A stretch of DNA of 64,000 nucleotides. Source: an uncultured Pseudomonadales bacterium (lineage in GTDB: Bacteria > Patescibacteriota > Microgenomatia > UBA1400 > UBA1396). The position numbers and the translations under genes are program-made. Where the stretch lies: positions 147,187-211,186 of the forward strand of contig CAZEEI010000001.1 in the NCBI GenBank assembly GCA_964511175.1, in the 5' to 3' direction. The notes under the pieces are model-generated. The model had not been told where the DNA came from and did no database searches. It saw nothing but the letters and a program-made list of their open reading frames with translations. Positions 46,521 through 55,989 of this stretch are shown one piece after another. The first letter of the stretch is position 1; each line of letters opens with the position of its first letter.

Positions 46521-46667
46521 TTAGGTTTTGGCCTGTCCCTGATGTTTGAAAAACTCCACTTGCCGCAGCCGCTTTAAGGCTTGGTCGCGGGTGGTGTAAG
46601 GGCCGCCTAAGTTGCGGCGAGTTTTTTTAGAAAGAACGTAGTAGCCGGCTTTACGTTTAACGATCAT
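46521..46667 (-). CDS. small basic hypothetical protein (48 aa)
   Basis: MIVKRKAGYYVLS...NLGGPY...ALKRLRQVEFFKH. Confidence 0.65.
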   Translation of the reverse strand: MIVKRKAGYYVLSKKTRRNLGGPYTTRDQALKRLRQVEFFKHQGQAKT

Positions 46668-46724
46668 AATGGCTTGATGTTTTGGGTTGGCTTTTGATGT
46701 TTTTTGTCGTACTATGGTTGTTCT

Positions 46725-47090
46725 ATGACTCATACCGTTGAACTTAATTCCCACCAAGCCATCGAAATTCGTCTTATTGGCGCAGTCAATGTCCAAGATG
46801 TGGCGACGATGGGCAAGCAAATAATGAATCTGATTATCCGATTAGAAGACCAGGGCCAACCGGTGAATATTTTGATTGACTATTCCCAGCAAAGCGGTAT
46901 TGAGTCTTTGGCTAACTCTTTAGCTAAGCCGATTGCTCGTGATCTGCATTTGCACAAATTAGCGGTTTTCCAGCTCGGTCAGGAGGCGATCGATCGTTTT
47001 GAGGAAGTTAGGCAGGATAACGGTTCTGCTAAAAAGATGCGTATTTTCCCTGATCGGCAAGCAGCGGAAGAGTGGTTGTATAGCGAATAG
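46725..47090 (+). CDS. STAS/SEC14 (SpoIIAA-like) domain protein
   Basis: ILIDYS, KLAVF, RIFPDRQAAEEWL. Confidence 0.7.
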   Translation: MTHTVELNSHQAIEIRLIGAVNVQDVATMGKQIMNLIIRLEDQGQPVNILIDYSQQSGIESLANSLAKPIARDLHLHKLAVFQLGQEAIDRFEEVRQDNGSAKKMRIFPDRQAAEEWLYSE

Positions 47091-47113
47091 CTTTGCGGTA
47101 CGCTATCGCCAGT

Positions 47114-47353
47114 ATGGCAAAACTTCGATCCGACGAAAACATTTTGCAACAGATTGGTACACCGCCCAAGCATGATAATCCCCACCATGCCAGTATGCAC
47201 AGTCATCGACAGCGGGCGGCGGCTAGTTTAGGTGATGAAGATTGGTTGGATGAGGTCGAACAGGGTGTGCAGATTAAAACGCCGATTAAAGGTGTAACCC
47301 GTTTAGGACAAAAGCGGTATCGTGCTCCTAAACCAGCAGCGGACGAATTTTAG
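47114..47353 (+). CDS. small hypothetical protein
   Basis: ATG 47114; fills the intergenic gap. Confidence 0.45.
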   Translation: MAKLRSDENILQQIGTPPKHDNPHHASMHSHRQRAAASLGDEDWLDEVEQGVQIKTPIKGVTRLGQKRYRAPKPAADEF

Positions 47354-47401
47354 CCCCAATTTATTTTTTCCGACACTAACGAGTTTCCTATAGAAGGCAT
47401 A

Positions 47402-47647
47402 GTGCACGAGCTGCAAGCGGATGGTTTTATTAGTTCGCATAGAGCGCTCACTACTGAACAATGGGTTTGGTTGGCCAACCGCGGGCCAATTTCCGCAGCC
47501 GAAATGCAGCGGCGTGGCCAAAGTGTGGAAGATACGGTGGGTGTTTATGCCAATGCCGAAACTCCAGATAGTCGCCTGGACGGTGAGAAACGGCAATGGG
47601 TTGTTGACTGGGAAAGACGCGGCCACGTTCGGGTTGAGGGCGATTAG
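47402..47647 (+). CDS. hypothetical protein or gene remnant
   Basis: 81-aa ORF with GTG start; no motif. Confidence 0.3.
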   Translation: MHELQADGFISSHRALTTEQWVWLANRGPISAAEMQRRGQSVEDTVGVYANAETPDSRLDGEKRQWVVDWERRGHVRVEGD

Positions 47648-47685
47648 TTGTTTTAGCAGTGATTTTGTTTCATACTAGCGTCATT

Positions 47686-48168
47686 ATGAGGAATTGGTCT
47701 AGGCTATTGTTGTCGATAGTTGGTTGCGAGCTAGTAGGTTTGGTCGGTACCCCGTTTACGGCCGCCGCTATCCCGAGTTGGTACGTTTTTCTGGTTAAAC
47801 CAGTGTTTGAGCCGCCCAGCTGGATATTTGCGCCGGTCTGGACGATTTTATACGCTTTGATGGGTATCTCTTTTTACTTAATCTGGCAGCGCGCTGGGCG
47901 GCGCGGCCGACGCTCACTCCGCTACCAGGTGGCCGCGCACTATTTTGGCGGTCAATTACTGCTCAACCTCACGTGGTCGCTGGTTTTCTTTGGCCTGCAC
48001 TCGCCGTTTTTGGGTCTCGTGAATATTGTAGCGCTCTGGGGTCTGATTATTCTCACCATTGAACATTCCCTACCCCTGTCCAAATGGGCTGGTTACCTAC
48101 TAATCCCCTACTTAGCGTGGGTTAGTTTTGCCGCCATCTTAAATGCAGCGATCGTGGTGCTCAATTAA
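47686..48168 (+). CDS. tspO: TspO/MBR tryptophan-rich sensory protein
   Basis: WYVFLVKP.F.PPSWIFAPVWTILY, LNLTWS, LIPYLAWVSFA. Confidence 0.95.
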   Translation: MRNWSRLLLSIVGCELVGLVGTPFTAAAIPSWYVFLVKPVFEPPSWIFAPVWTILYALMGISFYLIWQRAGRRGRRSLRYQVAAHYFGGQLLLNLTWSLVFFGLHSPFLGLVNIVALWGLIILTIEHSLPLSKWAGYLLIPYLAWVSFAAILNAAIVVLN

Positions 48169-48172
48169 TTTC

Positions 48173-50692
48173 CTAAAGTTCATAATGGTGGTAAAACCAG
48201 TGCTTAGCTGCCTCCGTGGTGGCAAAATAACTGAGCAGAACCGCCGCGATCCAACCCCACAAATAGACTGGCAAAGCGGCAAACTCGAATAAGGAGGTGC
48301 CAAACCAGGTCAACGGCAGCACCACTACTCCCAACATGGAAATCGCGCTGAGGATCATTAACTCCCGGCCAGGCATACTACGGTAAAACGGCAACCGGGT
48401 ACGGATCGCAAAAGTGATCAGCATTTCGGAAAGCGAAGACTCCACAAACCAGACTGTCCGGAAGATATCGGTAGGTACATGCCAGACGAAAGCCATTGGC
48501 AGAATCGTGAGTAGGTCAAAGAACGAGCTAATCAGGCCGAAGTACAGCATAAAACGGCCGATGGCTTTAATGTCCCAGTGTTTGGGTTGGCGGACATATT
48601 CCACGTCCACCCGGTCGGTAGTTACAGCAAACAAGGGGATGTCGCTAATGAAGTTGTTCAGCAAAATTTGGGCGGGCAGTAGTGGGATAAACGGCAGAAA
48701 CAAGGAAGACAGCGACATAGTCAGCATATTGCCGTAGTTGGCACTAATGGTGTTAAGGATGTATTTCATGATGTTGCCGAAAGTTTGGCGGCCGGTCTGG
48801 ATACCTTCAGCCAGGACTTGCAGGTCTTTTTCCAACAAAATAATGTCCGCTGCCTCTTTGGCCACGGCCGCGCCACCGTTCACAGCAATGCCTACGTCCG
48901 CTGCCTGGAGGGCTGGGGCATCGTTGATACCGTCGCCTAGAAAGCCGACTACGTGGCCTTCCTTATTTAGTGAGGCGACAATGCGGTATTTTTGTTCCGG
49001 GGTGAGACGGGCAAAAAGCTGGGTTGCCCGCACTTGTTTTTCCCACTGTTCGGTTGGCAGATGATCCAACTCCTCACCGGTCAGGATGTTATCGACGCCA
49101 GCAAAGCCGACTTGTGCCGCCACTTGAGCGGTCACTAATTTACTATCGCCGCTGAGAATTTTCACCTTAACACCCAATTCCCGCAGGGCTGCCAGCGACT
49201 GGGTAGCATCCGGTTTAATTGGGTCGCTAAACAATAAGAAACCCAGGAAGTGACTACCGTTTTCGTCCGTCGCATGGGAATCATCCTTAGTCATTGGTTT
49301 GGTACCAATCCCAATTACCCGGTAACCCTGATTTTCCCAGGTGGTGGTTTGATCCTGAATAGTTTGTCGGTCGTGATCCTTAAGGTTGCAAACTTGTAAC
49401 ATCGATTCAATTGAACCTTTGACGATTAGCGATTTTTGGCCGTCTTTAACCACTAAAACGCTTACGCGGCGCCGTTCAAAATCAAACTCATTTTCATCGA
49501 GCACTTTAAACTTAATTACCTCAGAAGACAGTTGTTGAGACTGACCATAGGTTAAGATGGCTTGATCGACTGGGTTGGTTGTCAGGATGTTGCCGCCTAC
49601 CCAGTCGCCGCTCAAGCACAGCATCGCCTTGATTACTAAGTCTTGGTCTTTTTTCCCGTCTAGATTTTGGTACTCAACTAAACTGAACTCGCCTTTAGTG
49701 AGCGTGCCGGTTTTGTCGGTGCAAAGGGTGTCAATGTTACCCAGGTCTTCCACCGACATCAGTCGTTTAACGATCACCTTCTTTTTAGCAATTTTGAGCG
49801 CGCCGCGGGAGAGGGTAATGGTTGTGATGGCCGGTAATAATTCCGGCGCAATACCCACTGCTAAAGCTACGGCAAAGAGGAATGATGGTAGCAGACCTTT
49901 ATCCAGCCAGGCGTTGACGACAAACACAAAAATCGTCATGACCAGGATAATTTTGAACAGGAATTTACTGAAGTTTCTGGTTTGTTTTTGGAAGGCAGTT
50001 TCGGGGGCCGGCCGGGAGAGCAAAGCAGCAGTTTGGCCGAAGCGGGTGTCGGTACCAACGGCCACGATGATCCCCTCCCCCCGGCCGGCCGCCACGTTAG
50101 TACCCATTAGTACCACGTTAGCTAGGTCAGTTGGCTGGTCAGTAGTCGATGGTGTGGCGTTTTTACCAACCGGCGCCGATTCGCCGGTAAGAATGGATTC
50201 GTTAGTGGTTAGATCGTCGGTACTCAGTAAAACAATATCGGCCGGGACGATGTCGCCCAGGCGCACCTCCACCCAATCGCCGGTCACCAGAGTTTGACTG
50301 TCCACGCTAACCCAAATACCGTCGCGTTTTACCCGTGACTGATGAGCAATGTATTTAGTAAGCTTAGCCAAGGTTCGGCGAGCGTGGTATTCCTGGACAA
50401 AACCGAGGATACCGCTCATGAGAATTAGGCCGGCAATAACTGCGGCTTCCAGGCGTTCTCCCAGAAAAAAGGAGACAGCTGCCGCTGCCAGTAAGGCAAC
50501 CATTAGCCAGTTGCGGAACTGAGCTAAGAAAAGGGAAAGAGCAGGCTCCTCTTTTTTGGCGGTGAAGAGATTTTTACCCGGTTGGCGTTGACGTTCTCGA
50601 ACCGCCCCCGCCGTAAGACCGTCGCGCGAGGTGTCGAATTGGCGCAACAACTCAGTGGCGGATAGTTGGGCGCTGGTTGCTAAGTTGGGCAT
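48173..50692 (-). CDS. mgtA: magnesium-translocating P-type ATPase
   Basis: LTGES, APELLP, DKTGTLT, GDGINDAPAL, SANYGN. Confidence 0.9.
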   Translation of the reverse strand: MPNLATSAQLSATELLRQFDTSRDGLTAGAVRERQRQPGKNLFTAKKEEPALSLFLAQFRNWLMVALLAAAAVSFFLGERLEAAVIAGLILMSGILGFVQEYHARRTLAKLTKYIAHQSRVKRDGIWVSVDSQTLVTGDWVEVRLGDIVPADIVLLSTDDLTTNESILTGESAPVGKNATPSTTDQPTDLANVVLMGTNVAAGRGEGIIVAVGTDTRFGQTAALLSRPAPETAFQKQTRNFSKFLFKIILVMTIFVFVVNAWLDKGLLPSFLFAVALAVGIAPELLPAITTITLSRGALKIAKKKVIVKRLMSVEDLGNIDTLCTDKTGTLTKGEFSLVEYQNLDGKKDQDLVIKAMLCLSGDWVGGNILTTNPVDQAILTYGQSQQLSSEVIKFKVLDENEFDFERRRVSVLVVKDGQKSLIVKGSIESMLQVCNLKDHDRQTIQDQTTTWENQGYRVIGIGTKPMTKDDSHATDENGSHFLGFLLFSDPIKPDATQSLAALRELGVKVKILSGDSKLVTAQVAAQVGFAGVDNILTGEELDHLPTEQWEKQVRATQLFARLTPEQKYRIVASLNKEGHVVGFLGDGINDAPALQAADVGIAVNGGAAVAKEAADIILLEKDLQVLAEGIQTGRQTFGNIMKYILNTISANYGNMLTMSLSSLFLPFIPLLPAQILLNNFISDIPLFAVTTDRVDVEYVRQPKHWDIKAIGRFMLYFGLISSFFDLLTILPMAFVWHVPTDIFRTVWFVESSLSEMLITFAIRTRLPFYRSMPGRELMILSAISMLGVVVLPLTWFGTSLFEFAALPVYLWGWIAAVLLSYFATTEAAKHWFYHHYEL

Positions 50693-50698
50693 AACCGA

Positions 50699-50965
50699 TC
50701 AGCGAGGCGGTTCTCTATCTACCCCGCCCCATTGTTGCTTTCGATTAAAATATTTTTGTAAGCGTTCTCGTATGCCGTCCCAATCGATCATTTCAACCGC
50801 TGGAGTCGGAACTCTACCGCGGCCATAATCATCATCACCGGGGCCGTAAATTTCGGGTGGTTCCAATGGTGTGTCAAGGATCGGGAATTTTTGTACGAGT
50901 GGCCCATACATCGCATTCATTTCAACGTCTGGACCACGATCTTCATGAGGTTCGAGTTCGGACAT
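50699..50965 (-). CDS. small acidic hypothetical protein
   Basis: ATG after AAGGGAA; ends EPPR. Confidence 0.55.
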   Translation of the reverse strand: MSELEPHEDRGPDVEMNAMYGPLVQKFPILDTPLEPPEIYGPGDDDYGRGRVPTPAVEMIDWDGIRERLQKYFNRKQQWGGVDREPPR

Positions 50966-51146
50966 AAGATTCCCTTCTTGCCCTCATTGTATACTAATCA
51001 GCAGGTGGTGCCGCGTTTAGGTAGTTTTTACTTCTTTTCTCGAAATTTTACGATGAAAGTTACTTCCATGTTAAAAAATAGTGTTCGGCGCCAATCAGTA
51101 AGGACTGATATGATACAATCCGATTTATAATGTAGGAGGAAATAAT

Positions 51147-51413
51147 ATGGGTCGGTTAGAGTTTGAAACAGCGATGGCTGGTGCGGCAGACTTGGCCGCA
51201 GCAATGATGCCCACCAAGGAAGAAAATTTAACCTGGAAAGAACTGGCTGAAATATTGGGGGTGCGGCCAAACGCAGCGGGAGATTTTGATGGTGCTACAT
51301 TGGTCAATGCCTGCATGAATGTTCAAAGTAATCCGGCCGTATTAGCCCTATCAGAAAGCGAGCGCCTGCGAGTGATTAGAAGTGCTAGCGCTGCGCTCAG
51401 CAACCTGCTTTAA
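51147..51413 (+). CDS. small hypothetical protein
   Basis: SD AGGAGG, TATAAT upstream. Confidence 0.65.
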   Translation: MGRLEFETAMAGAADLAAAMMPTKEENLTWKELAEILGVRPNAAGDFDGATLVNACMNVQSNPAVLALSESERLRVIRSASAALSNLL

Positions 51414-51420
51414 AAAAGTG

Positions 51421-51990
51421 TTAGTTTCGATCTCTTAATTTTTCCTGTAAAGGATCAAACAGGGCGAATTCGATGCCGCCCGCGACCGCTTCATCGATGT
51501 TCAGTTGACCGCGCAAATGGGCTTCCTCGTGTTGGTACAGTCGAGCCAAAAAGCCGTCAAACCGCTGCTGTTGTTTTTGGCCTTGTTCGTCGGTCCACGC
51601 CATAATAATCCACTCTGAACGTTCCACGTCGGCGGACATGATGCCGGAACTTAGACATAACTCCCGGTAAAAATTAGTCCGTTTTGATCGTCGAATAATT
51701 TTGGGATTGAGAAAAATCTGGATTTGATCATCGACAAAAGTCACAAACACGGCTTTACTCGCGCCGATTTGTGGCGCGGCCAGACCGCGACCATAGCCCG
51801 TTATTTGACGATAGCGTTGTAGGACATCGCCCAGTTTATGGCCGAGGCGAGCGCCTTCTGTTACGGATACCGCCTGTGTCGGTTGTCTCAAAATCGGATC
51901 GCCGGCATACCTAACAGTGGGGAACTGCCGCAAAATGGTCTGGAATTTTTTCACCTCGTTGGCGAGCTTGCTAAGCATAGTACCTATCAC
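51421..51990 (-). CDS. def: peptide deformylase-like protein
   Basis: GDPILR, GRGLAAPQIG, ELCLS, QHEEAHLRG. Confidence 0.85.
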   Translation of the reverse strand: MIGTMLSKLANEVKKFQTILRQFPTVRYAGDPILRQPTQAVSVTEGARLGHKLGDVLQRYRQITGYGRGLAAPQIGASKAVFVTFVDDQIQIFLNPKIIRRSKRTNFYRELCLSSGIMSADVERSEWIIMAWTDEQGQKQQQRFDGFLARLYQHEEAHLRGQLNIDEAVAGGIEFALFDPLQEKLRDRN

Positions 51991-52133
51991 TATATCAATA
52001 TTGGTTGCTTAGTTAATTTGTACATATGTACAAATAAATCGAACAAGCTGATGAGATAGTTACCAAACGTCAACAACTCGCTAAATAAAAGTTTCTGCAA
52101 TCGGCTATTTCAATTATAAAAACCAACCTAATT

Positions 52134-52532
52134 TTACTCGGTTGTCACGCCATCAAAATGTTCTTCGCTAGCCATGGCCTCAGCCTTAGTGGCGCGCACC
52201 ACTTTGTCCTGATGTTCAGCGGGACTATAGATGGTATAAAGCTTAAGCGCTTCGGAATCAGAAGTGTTAATCACGTTGTGTTGGGCGCCCGCCGGGACAA
52301 TCACCGCGTCGCCATCTTTAACCAAGTACTCATGACCATCAATTACACATTTCCCCTGCCCCATTTCGAAACGGAAGAATTGATCGGTGTCGGTATGAAC
52401 TTCCTGGCCAATTTCCTCGCCCGGCAGTAGGCTCATCAGCACTAGTTGGCTGTGTTTGCCGGTGTAGAGCACGCGGCGGAAATCAGTGTTGACCCGCGTG
52501 GCCGCTTCAATACCAGTGAAAAATCCCTGCAT
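52134..52532 (-). CDS. cupin-domain protein
   Basis: FRRVLYTG, EVH..DQFF, VPAGAQHNVIN, LYTIYSPAEH. Confidence 0.92.
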   Translation of the reverse strand: MQGFFTGIEAATRVNTDFRRVLYTGKHSQLVLMSLLPGEEIGQEVHTDTDQFFRFEMGQGKCVIDGHEYLVKDGDAVIVPAGAQHNVINTSDSEALKLYTIYSPAEHQDKVVRATKAEAMASEEHFDGVTTE

Positions 52533-52581
52533 AAACTATCCCCCTTTATAGAGACATAATAGCTTACTTGGACGGTATTGT

Positions 52582-53781
52582 TTAGTCGATAAACGTTAGC
52601 GCCACGCCGGTATGGTTTAACCGCCCGGTCCGGCCAATCCGATGGATGTAATCCTCGTAAGTTTCCGGCAGTTCGTAGTTAATCACGTGGGTAACTTGGT
52701 CAATGTCCAATCCGCGGGAAGCTACGTCGGTGGCCAACAGAATCTGCACTTCGTTGCGCTTAAAAGCGTTAAGGGCGCGTTGACGCTGGCTTTGCGACTT
52801 ATTGCCGTGAATGGCCGCCGCTTTGAAACCGCGGGCAGCTAAAGTTTGGCTCAGACGTTCCATGCCATGTTTAGTGCGGCCAAAGACCAACACTTTGGCA
52901 AATTCTGGCTGGATCAGTAAATCATGTAAAACATCGATCTTGTTGCGGCCTTTAAGACGAACGATGTCTTGGTCGACGTTTTCCGAAGCGCGCTGGGAGG
53001 CCACTTCCACCGTGACGGGGTCATGGAGGAACTCGCGAGCCACAGCCTTACCGCGGGCAGACATAGTTGCCGAGAAAAACAGCGAGTGCCGTTCGGACGG
53101 TAGTTGGCTGATCAGCTGACGGATATCGTTGATAAAACCCATATCCAGCATGCGGTCCACTTCGTCCAGGACAATGGTATGAAATTCACCCAAGCGGAGA
53201 ACACCGCGGTCGGCCAAATCTTTTAGCCGGCCGGGAGTACCCACCACAAAAGAAGGACGCTGGCGTAACTCGTGAATTTGTCGATTCATATTAACGCCAC
53301 CAATCACCAACGAAAAGTAAATACGTAGGCCAGTAGCCAGGCTTTTACCCTCGTCAACAATTTGGACGGCCAACTCGCGGGTCGGGATCATAATGAGCAC
53401 CTTTTCCGCCGGGTTGTGGATCACTTTATCTAGGAGAGGAATGAGAAAAGCAGCAGTCTTGCCGGTACCGGTCGATGCCAAACCGATCACGTCATGACCG
53501 GCCAAAATCTGGGGAATGACCCGATCTTGAATTGGTGTGGGCGTGGTGTAACCTTTACGCGCAATATTTTGTTGCAGGCTAGATTGCACGGCAAAGTCGG
53601 CAAAGGAGTGCTCGGCCAAGTAGGCTTGTTCAACCAGTGGGGTTGCCTTTTTGATCAACATCTGCGGATTGACGTCCATATACTTGATCCGAAAGGCCGG
53701 ACGTCCACCGCCTGATCGATAATTATGTGGTCGGTGGGTATAGGACCCACGACGCTGATAGTCGCGTGGCGACATAATCAC
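52582..53781 (-). CDS. DEAD/DEAH-box RNA helicase
   Basis: Q motif PTPIQ, TGTGKT, PTREL, TPGR, DEVD, SAT, HRIGRTGR. Confidence 0.96.
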   Translation of the reverse strand: MIMSPRDYQRRGSYTHRPHNYRSGGGRPAFRIKYMDVNPQMLIKKATPLVEQAYLAEHSFADFAVQSSLQQNIARKGYTTPTPIQDRVIPQILAGHDVIGLASTGTGKTAAFLIPLLDKVIHNPAEKVLIMIPTRELAVQIVDEGKSLATGLRIYFSLVIGGVNMNRQIHELRQRPSFVVGTPGRLKDLADRGVLRLGEFHTIVLDEVDRMLDMGFINDIRQLISQLPSERHSLFFSATMSARGKAVAREFLHDPVTVEVASQRASENVDQDIVRLKGRNKIDVLHDLLIQPEFAKVLVFGRTKHGMERLSQTLAARGFKAAAIHGNKSQSQRQRALNAFKRNEVQILLATDVASRGLDIDQVTHVINYELPETYEDYIHRIGRTGRLNHTGVALTFID

Positions 53782-53970
53782 TACTTTCTCTTTGACTATT
53801 AGGAAAGATCTCGGGAACAGGATGCGCTCAAAATCTCGCGCCTAGATAGCGTGGTGTAAGCGAACTTACTTCAGTAGTATAACACAGTTTCTGGTAAATA
53901 CTATTATAGGATTAAAACTAGGTTATGATTTAGTCTTTACGAGAACGGTAGTCTTTGTTGTAATGCAGAG

Positions 53971-54720
53971 ATGTTTGCCGAATACCCATATCAGGTTGAT
54001 CTACATTCTCATTCGACTTTTAGCGATGGGAAAAATTCGGCCGAAGCCATGTATCAGCGGGCCGTTGCTCTGCGATTGACCAGCTACGCGCTCACCGATC
54101 ACAACACCCTAACCGGTGTATTGCACTTATTACAACAAAATAATCTACCGATCCGCCGTCATCCTGATGAATACCCTGATTTACCACTACTTGTTCCCGG
54201 TGTAGAGTACTCTTTCCGCAAAGGTCATTTTTTAGCCTTAGGTATCGAGCCGCGCCGGCTGGCTCAACAGTTGGAGAAGTGGCAGATCCCAGCCGGTAGT
54301 ACCCGCTATAAACAGCCGTGGCACAAGATCGAAGATTACCTCCAGTGGACGGTCGATCAGGGTGGTACGGTGATTGCCGCCCACCCCGGTATTCCTCTGG
54401 GTGTGTTGTCGGTAGGCCTGGATAAATTAGTTGAATTATGGGAGAAGGGGCTAATTCAGGGGGCGGAGTTTCATAATGATTCGCTCGAAAGAAAAATGAA
54501 AAACTTTGCCGGCAGAAAAGTTGCTAAACTTTGGTCTCTAATGGTATTGAAGGTTTTAACTGAATATAAGATTCCGGCGTTTGCTTTCAGCGATGCCCAC
54601 CGAGTCGAACATTTAGCCAACTGGTGCACGGTTGTACCAAGTTTAACGGCGGCGTTTGATCTAAAACAATTAGCCGATCCGAGCACACTGCACCAACCCA
54701 GCCGGCTAGCCAAGCGCTAG
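53971..54720 (+). CDS. PHP-domain protein
   Basis: DLHSHSTFSDG, LTDHN, GVEYS...H, AHP, SDAH. Confidence 0.9.
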   Translation: MFAEYPYQVDLHSHSTFSDGKNSAEAMYQRAVALRLTSYALTDHNTLTGVLHLLQQNNLPIRRHPDEYPDLPLLVPGVEYSFRKGHFLALGIEPRRLAQQLEKWQIPAGSTRYKQPWHKIEDYLQWTVDQGGTVIAAHPGIPLGVLSVGLDKLVELWEKGLIQGAEFHNDSLERKMKNFAGRKVAKLWSLMVLKVLTEYKIPAFAFSDAHRVEHLANWCTVVPSLTAAFDLKQLADPSTLHQPSRLAKR

Positions 54721-54723
54721 TGT

Positions 54724-55380
54724 CTACTTCCTAAATGTGTTCGCCTGGTGAAGCAGTTTTACCACCTCTTCATCTTCCGTTTGGTCAAATTGTTCATACC
54801 AAGTTCCCACGGCGGCAAAATTAGCGGGTGTGGCTAAACAAACTAGCTGATCAACTTCTTTTTGTAATGCTTGTACTGTGTCGGCTGCGCCAACTGGTGT
54901 CGCCAAAATTAACTGCCGCGGTTGCTGCTTTTTCACCGCGGTGATGGCGCCGCGCGCCGTAATACCGGTGGCCAAGCCGTCATCAACTAAAATGATGGTT
55001 TGGTTCCGTAGCGATGGTAGAGGCCGGCCGCCGCGGTAAACCTGAACTCGGCGCATTAACTCGGTTTTTTCTTGGGAAATCAGGTTGGTAATAGCTGTTG
55101 AGTCGGTTCCCAGGGTTTCGATTAACTCTTGATCCAGAATCAGCGTGTCTCCTTCTGCCACGGCCCCAATGCCAAACTCCGGGTTATTTGGTTCCCCGAT
55201 CTTGCGTACCACGATTACCTCCAGCGGGGCGTGCAGCTTTTGCGCAACCTGGTAGCCCACCGGTACCCCACCACGCGGCAGAGCCAGGATGATGGGTCGG
55301 GCGTCGGCATACTCGGCTAAACGTTCAGCCAGACGGTTGCCAGCCTCAGTACGGTTGCGGAAAAGGATTAGGTCAGCCAT
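54724..55380 (-). CDS. phosphoribosyltransferase family protein
   Basis: LPRGGVPVG, LVDDGLATG. Confidence 0.93.
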   Translation of the reverse strand: MADLILFRNRTEAGNRLAERLAEYADARPIILALPRGGVPVGYQVAQKLHAPLEVIVVRKIGEPNNPEFGIGAVAEGDTLILDQELIETLGTDSTAITNLISQEKTELMRRVQVYRGGRPLPSLRNQTIILVDDGLATGITARGAITAVKKQQPRQLILATPVGAADTVQALQKEVDQLVCLATPANFAAVGTWYEQFDQTEDEEVVKLLHQANTFRK

Positions 55381-55458
55381 CGTTACTATTTATCCTACTA
55401 CTATCTCGGTAAGACCCAAGGGCTGGCTTCTTAGATTGTCTTAGATTATATTGAAGTA

Positions 55459-55956
55459 ATGACCTTTCCCCTTTTGGGATCACGGGTCCGCCGGTCTCGT
55501 CCGGAAGACGTTGACCAGCTGGCGGACCTCTTTTTTGAGTTTTATACCCGTTTTAATCTGGAGCAGACCTTGTCTGGAGTACCCAAAGAACTAATTCGCG
55601 TGGACAATGCCCGGCAATTTTCGGTCGATACTATTAGTTCTTACTTTACAGCAGACCATTTAATGTTTGTGGCGCAGCAGGGTGCCAAGCTGGTTGGTTA
55701 TATTGCAGGTACAACTAAGGTTGAACCGCATTACGTTTATTCGCCGGAGGCGGAGATTATTGACTGGTTTGTTACGGAAAACAGCCGTAGTCAAGGAGTG
55801 GGGCAACAATTATTCCAGAGTTTTGTCGACGAAGTTAAAGCGCAAGGTTGTAAAGCTTTAGTGCTGGAAGCATTCTCCCAAAATGTCCGCGGCATTCAAA
55901 CCTACGAAAAAATGGGTTTTGTGCAGGATAGTGTGATTCTTAAGAAAATACTGTGA
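55459..55956 (+). CDS. GNAT N-acetyltransferase
   Basis: FVTENSRSQGVG, N.RGIQTYEKMGF. Confidence 0.9.
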   Translation: MTFPLLGSRVRRSRPEDVDQLADLFFEFYTRFNLEQTLSGVPKELIRVDNARQFSVDTISSYFTADHLMFVAQQGAKLVGYIAGTTKVEPHYVYSPEAEIIDWFVTENSRSQGVGQQLFQSFVDEVKAQGCKALVLEAFSQNVRGIQTYEKMGFVQDSVILKKIL

Positions 55957-55989
55957 CCGTTTATTTTTTGTGGACAAAACAAGTTTCGT

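Noticed and set aside
49575-50297. 240-aa plus-strand ORF
   Set aside because: Antisense shadow of mgtA; the other short antisense ORFs in the track were dismissed likewise
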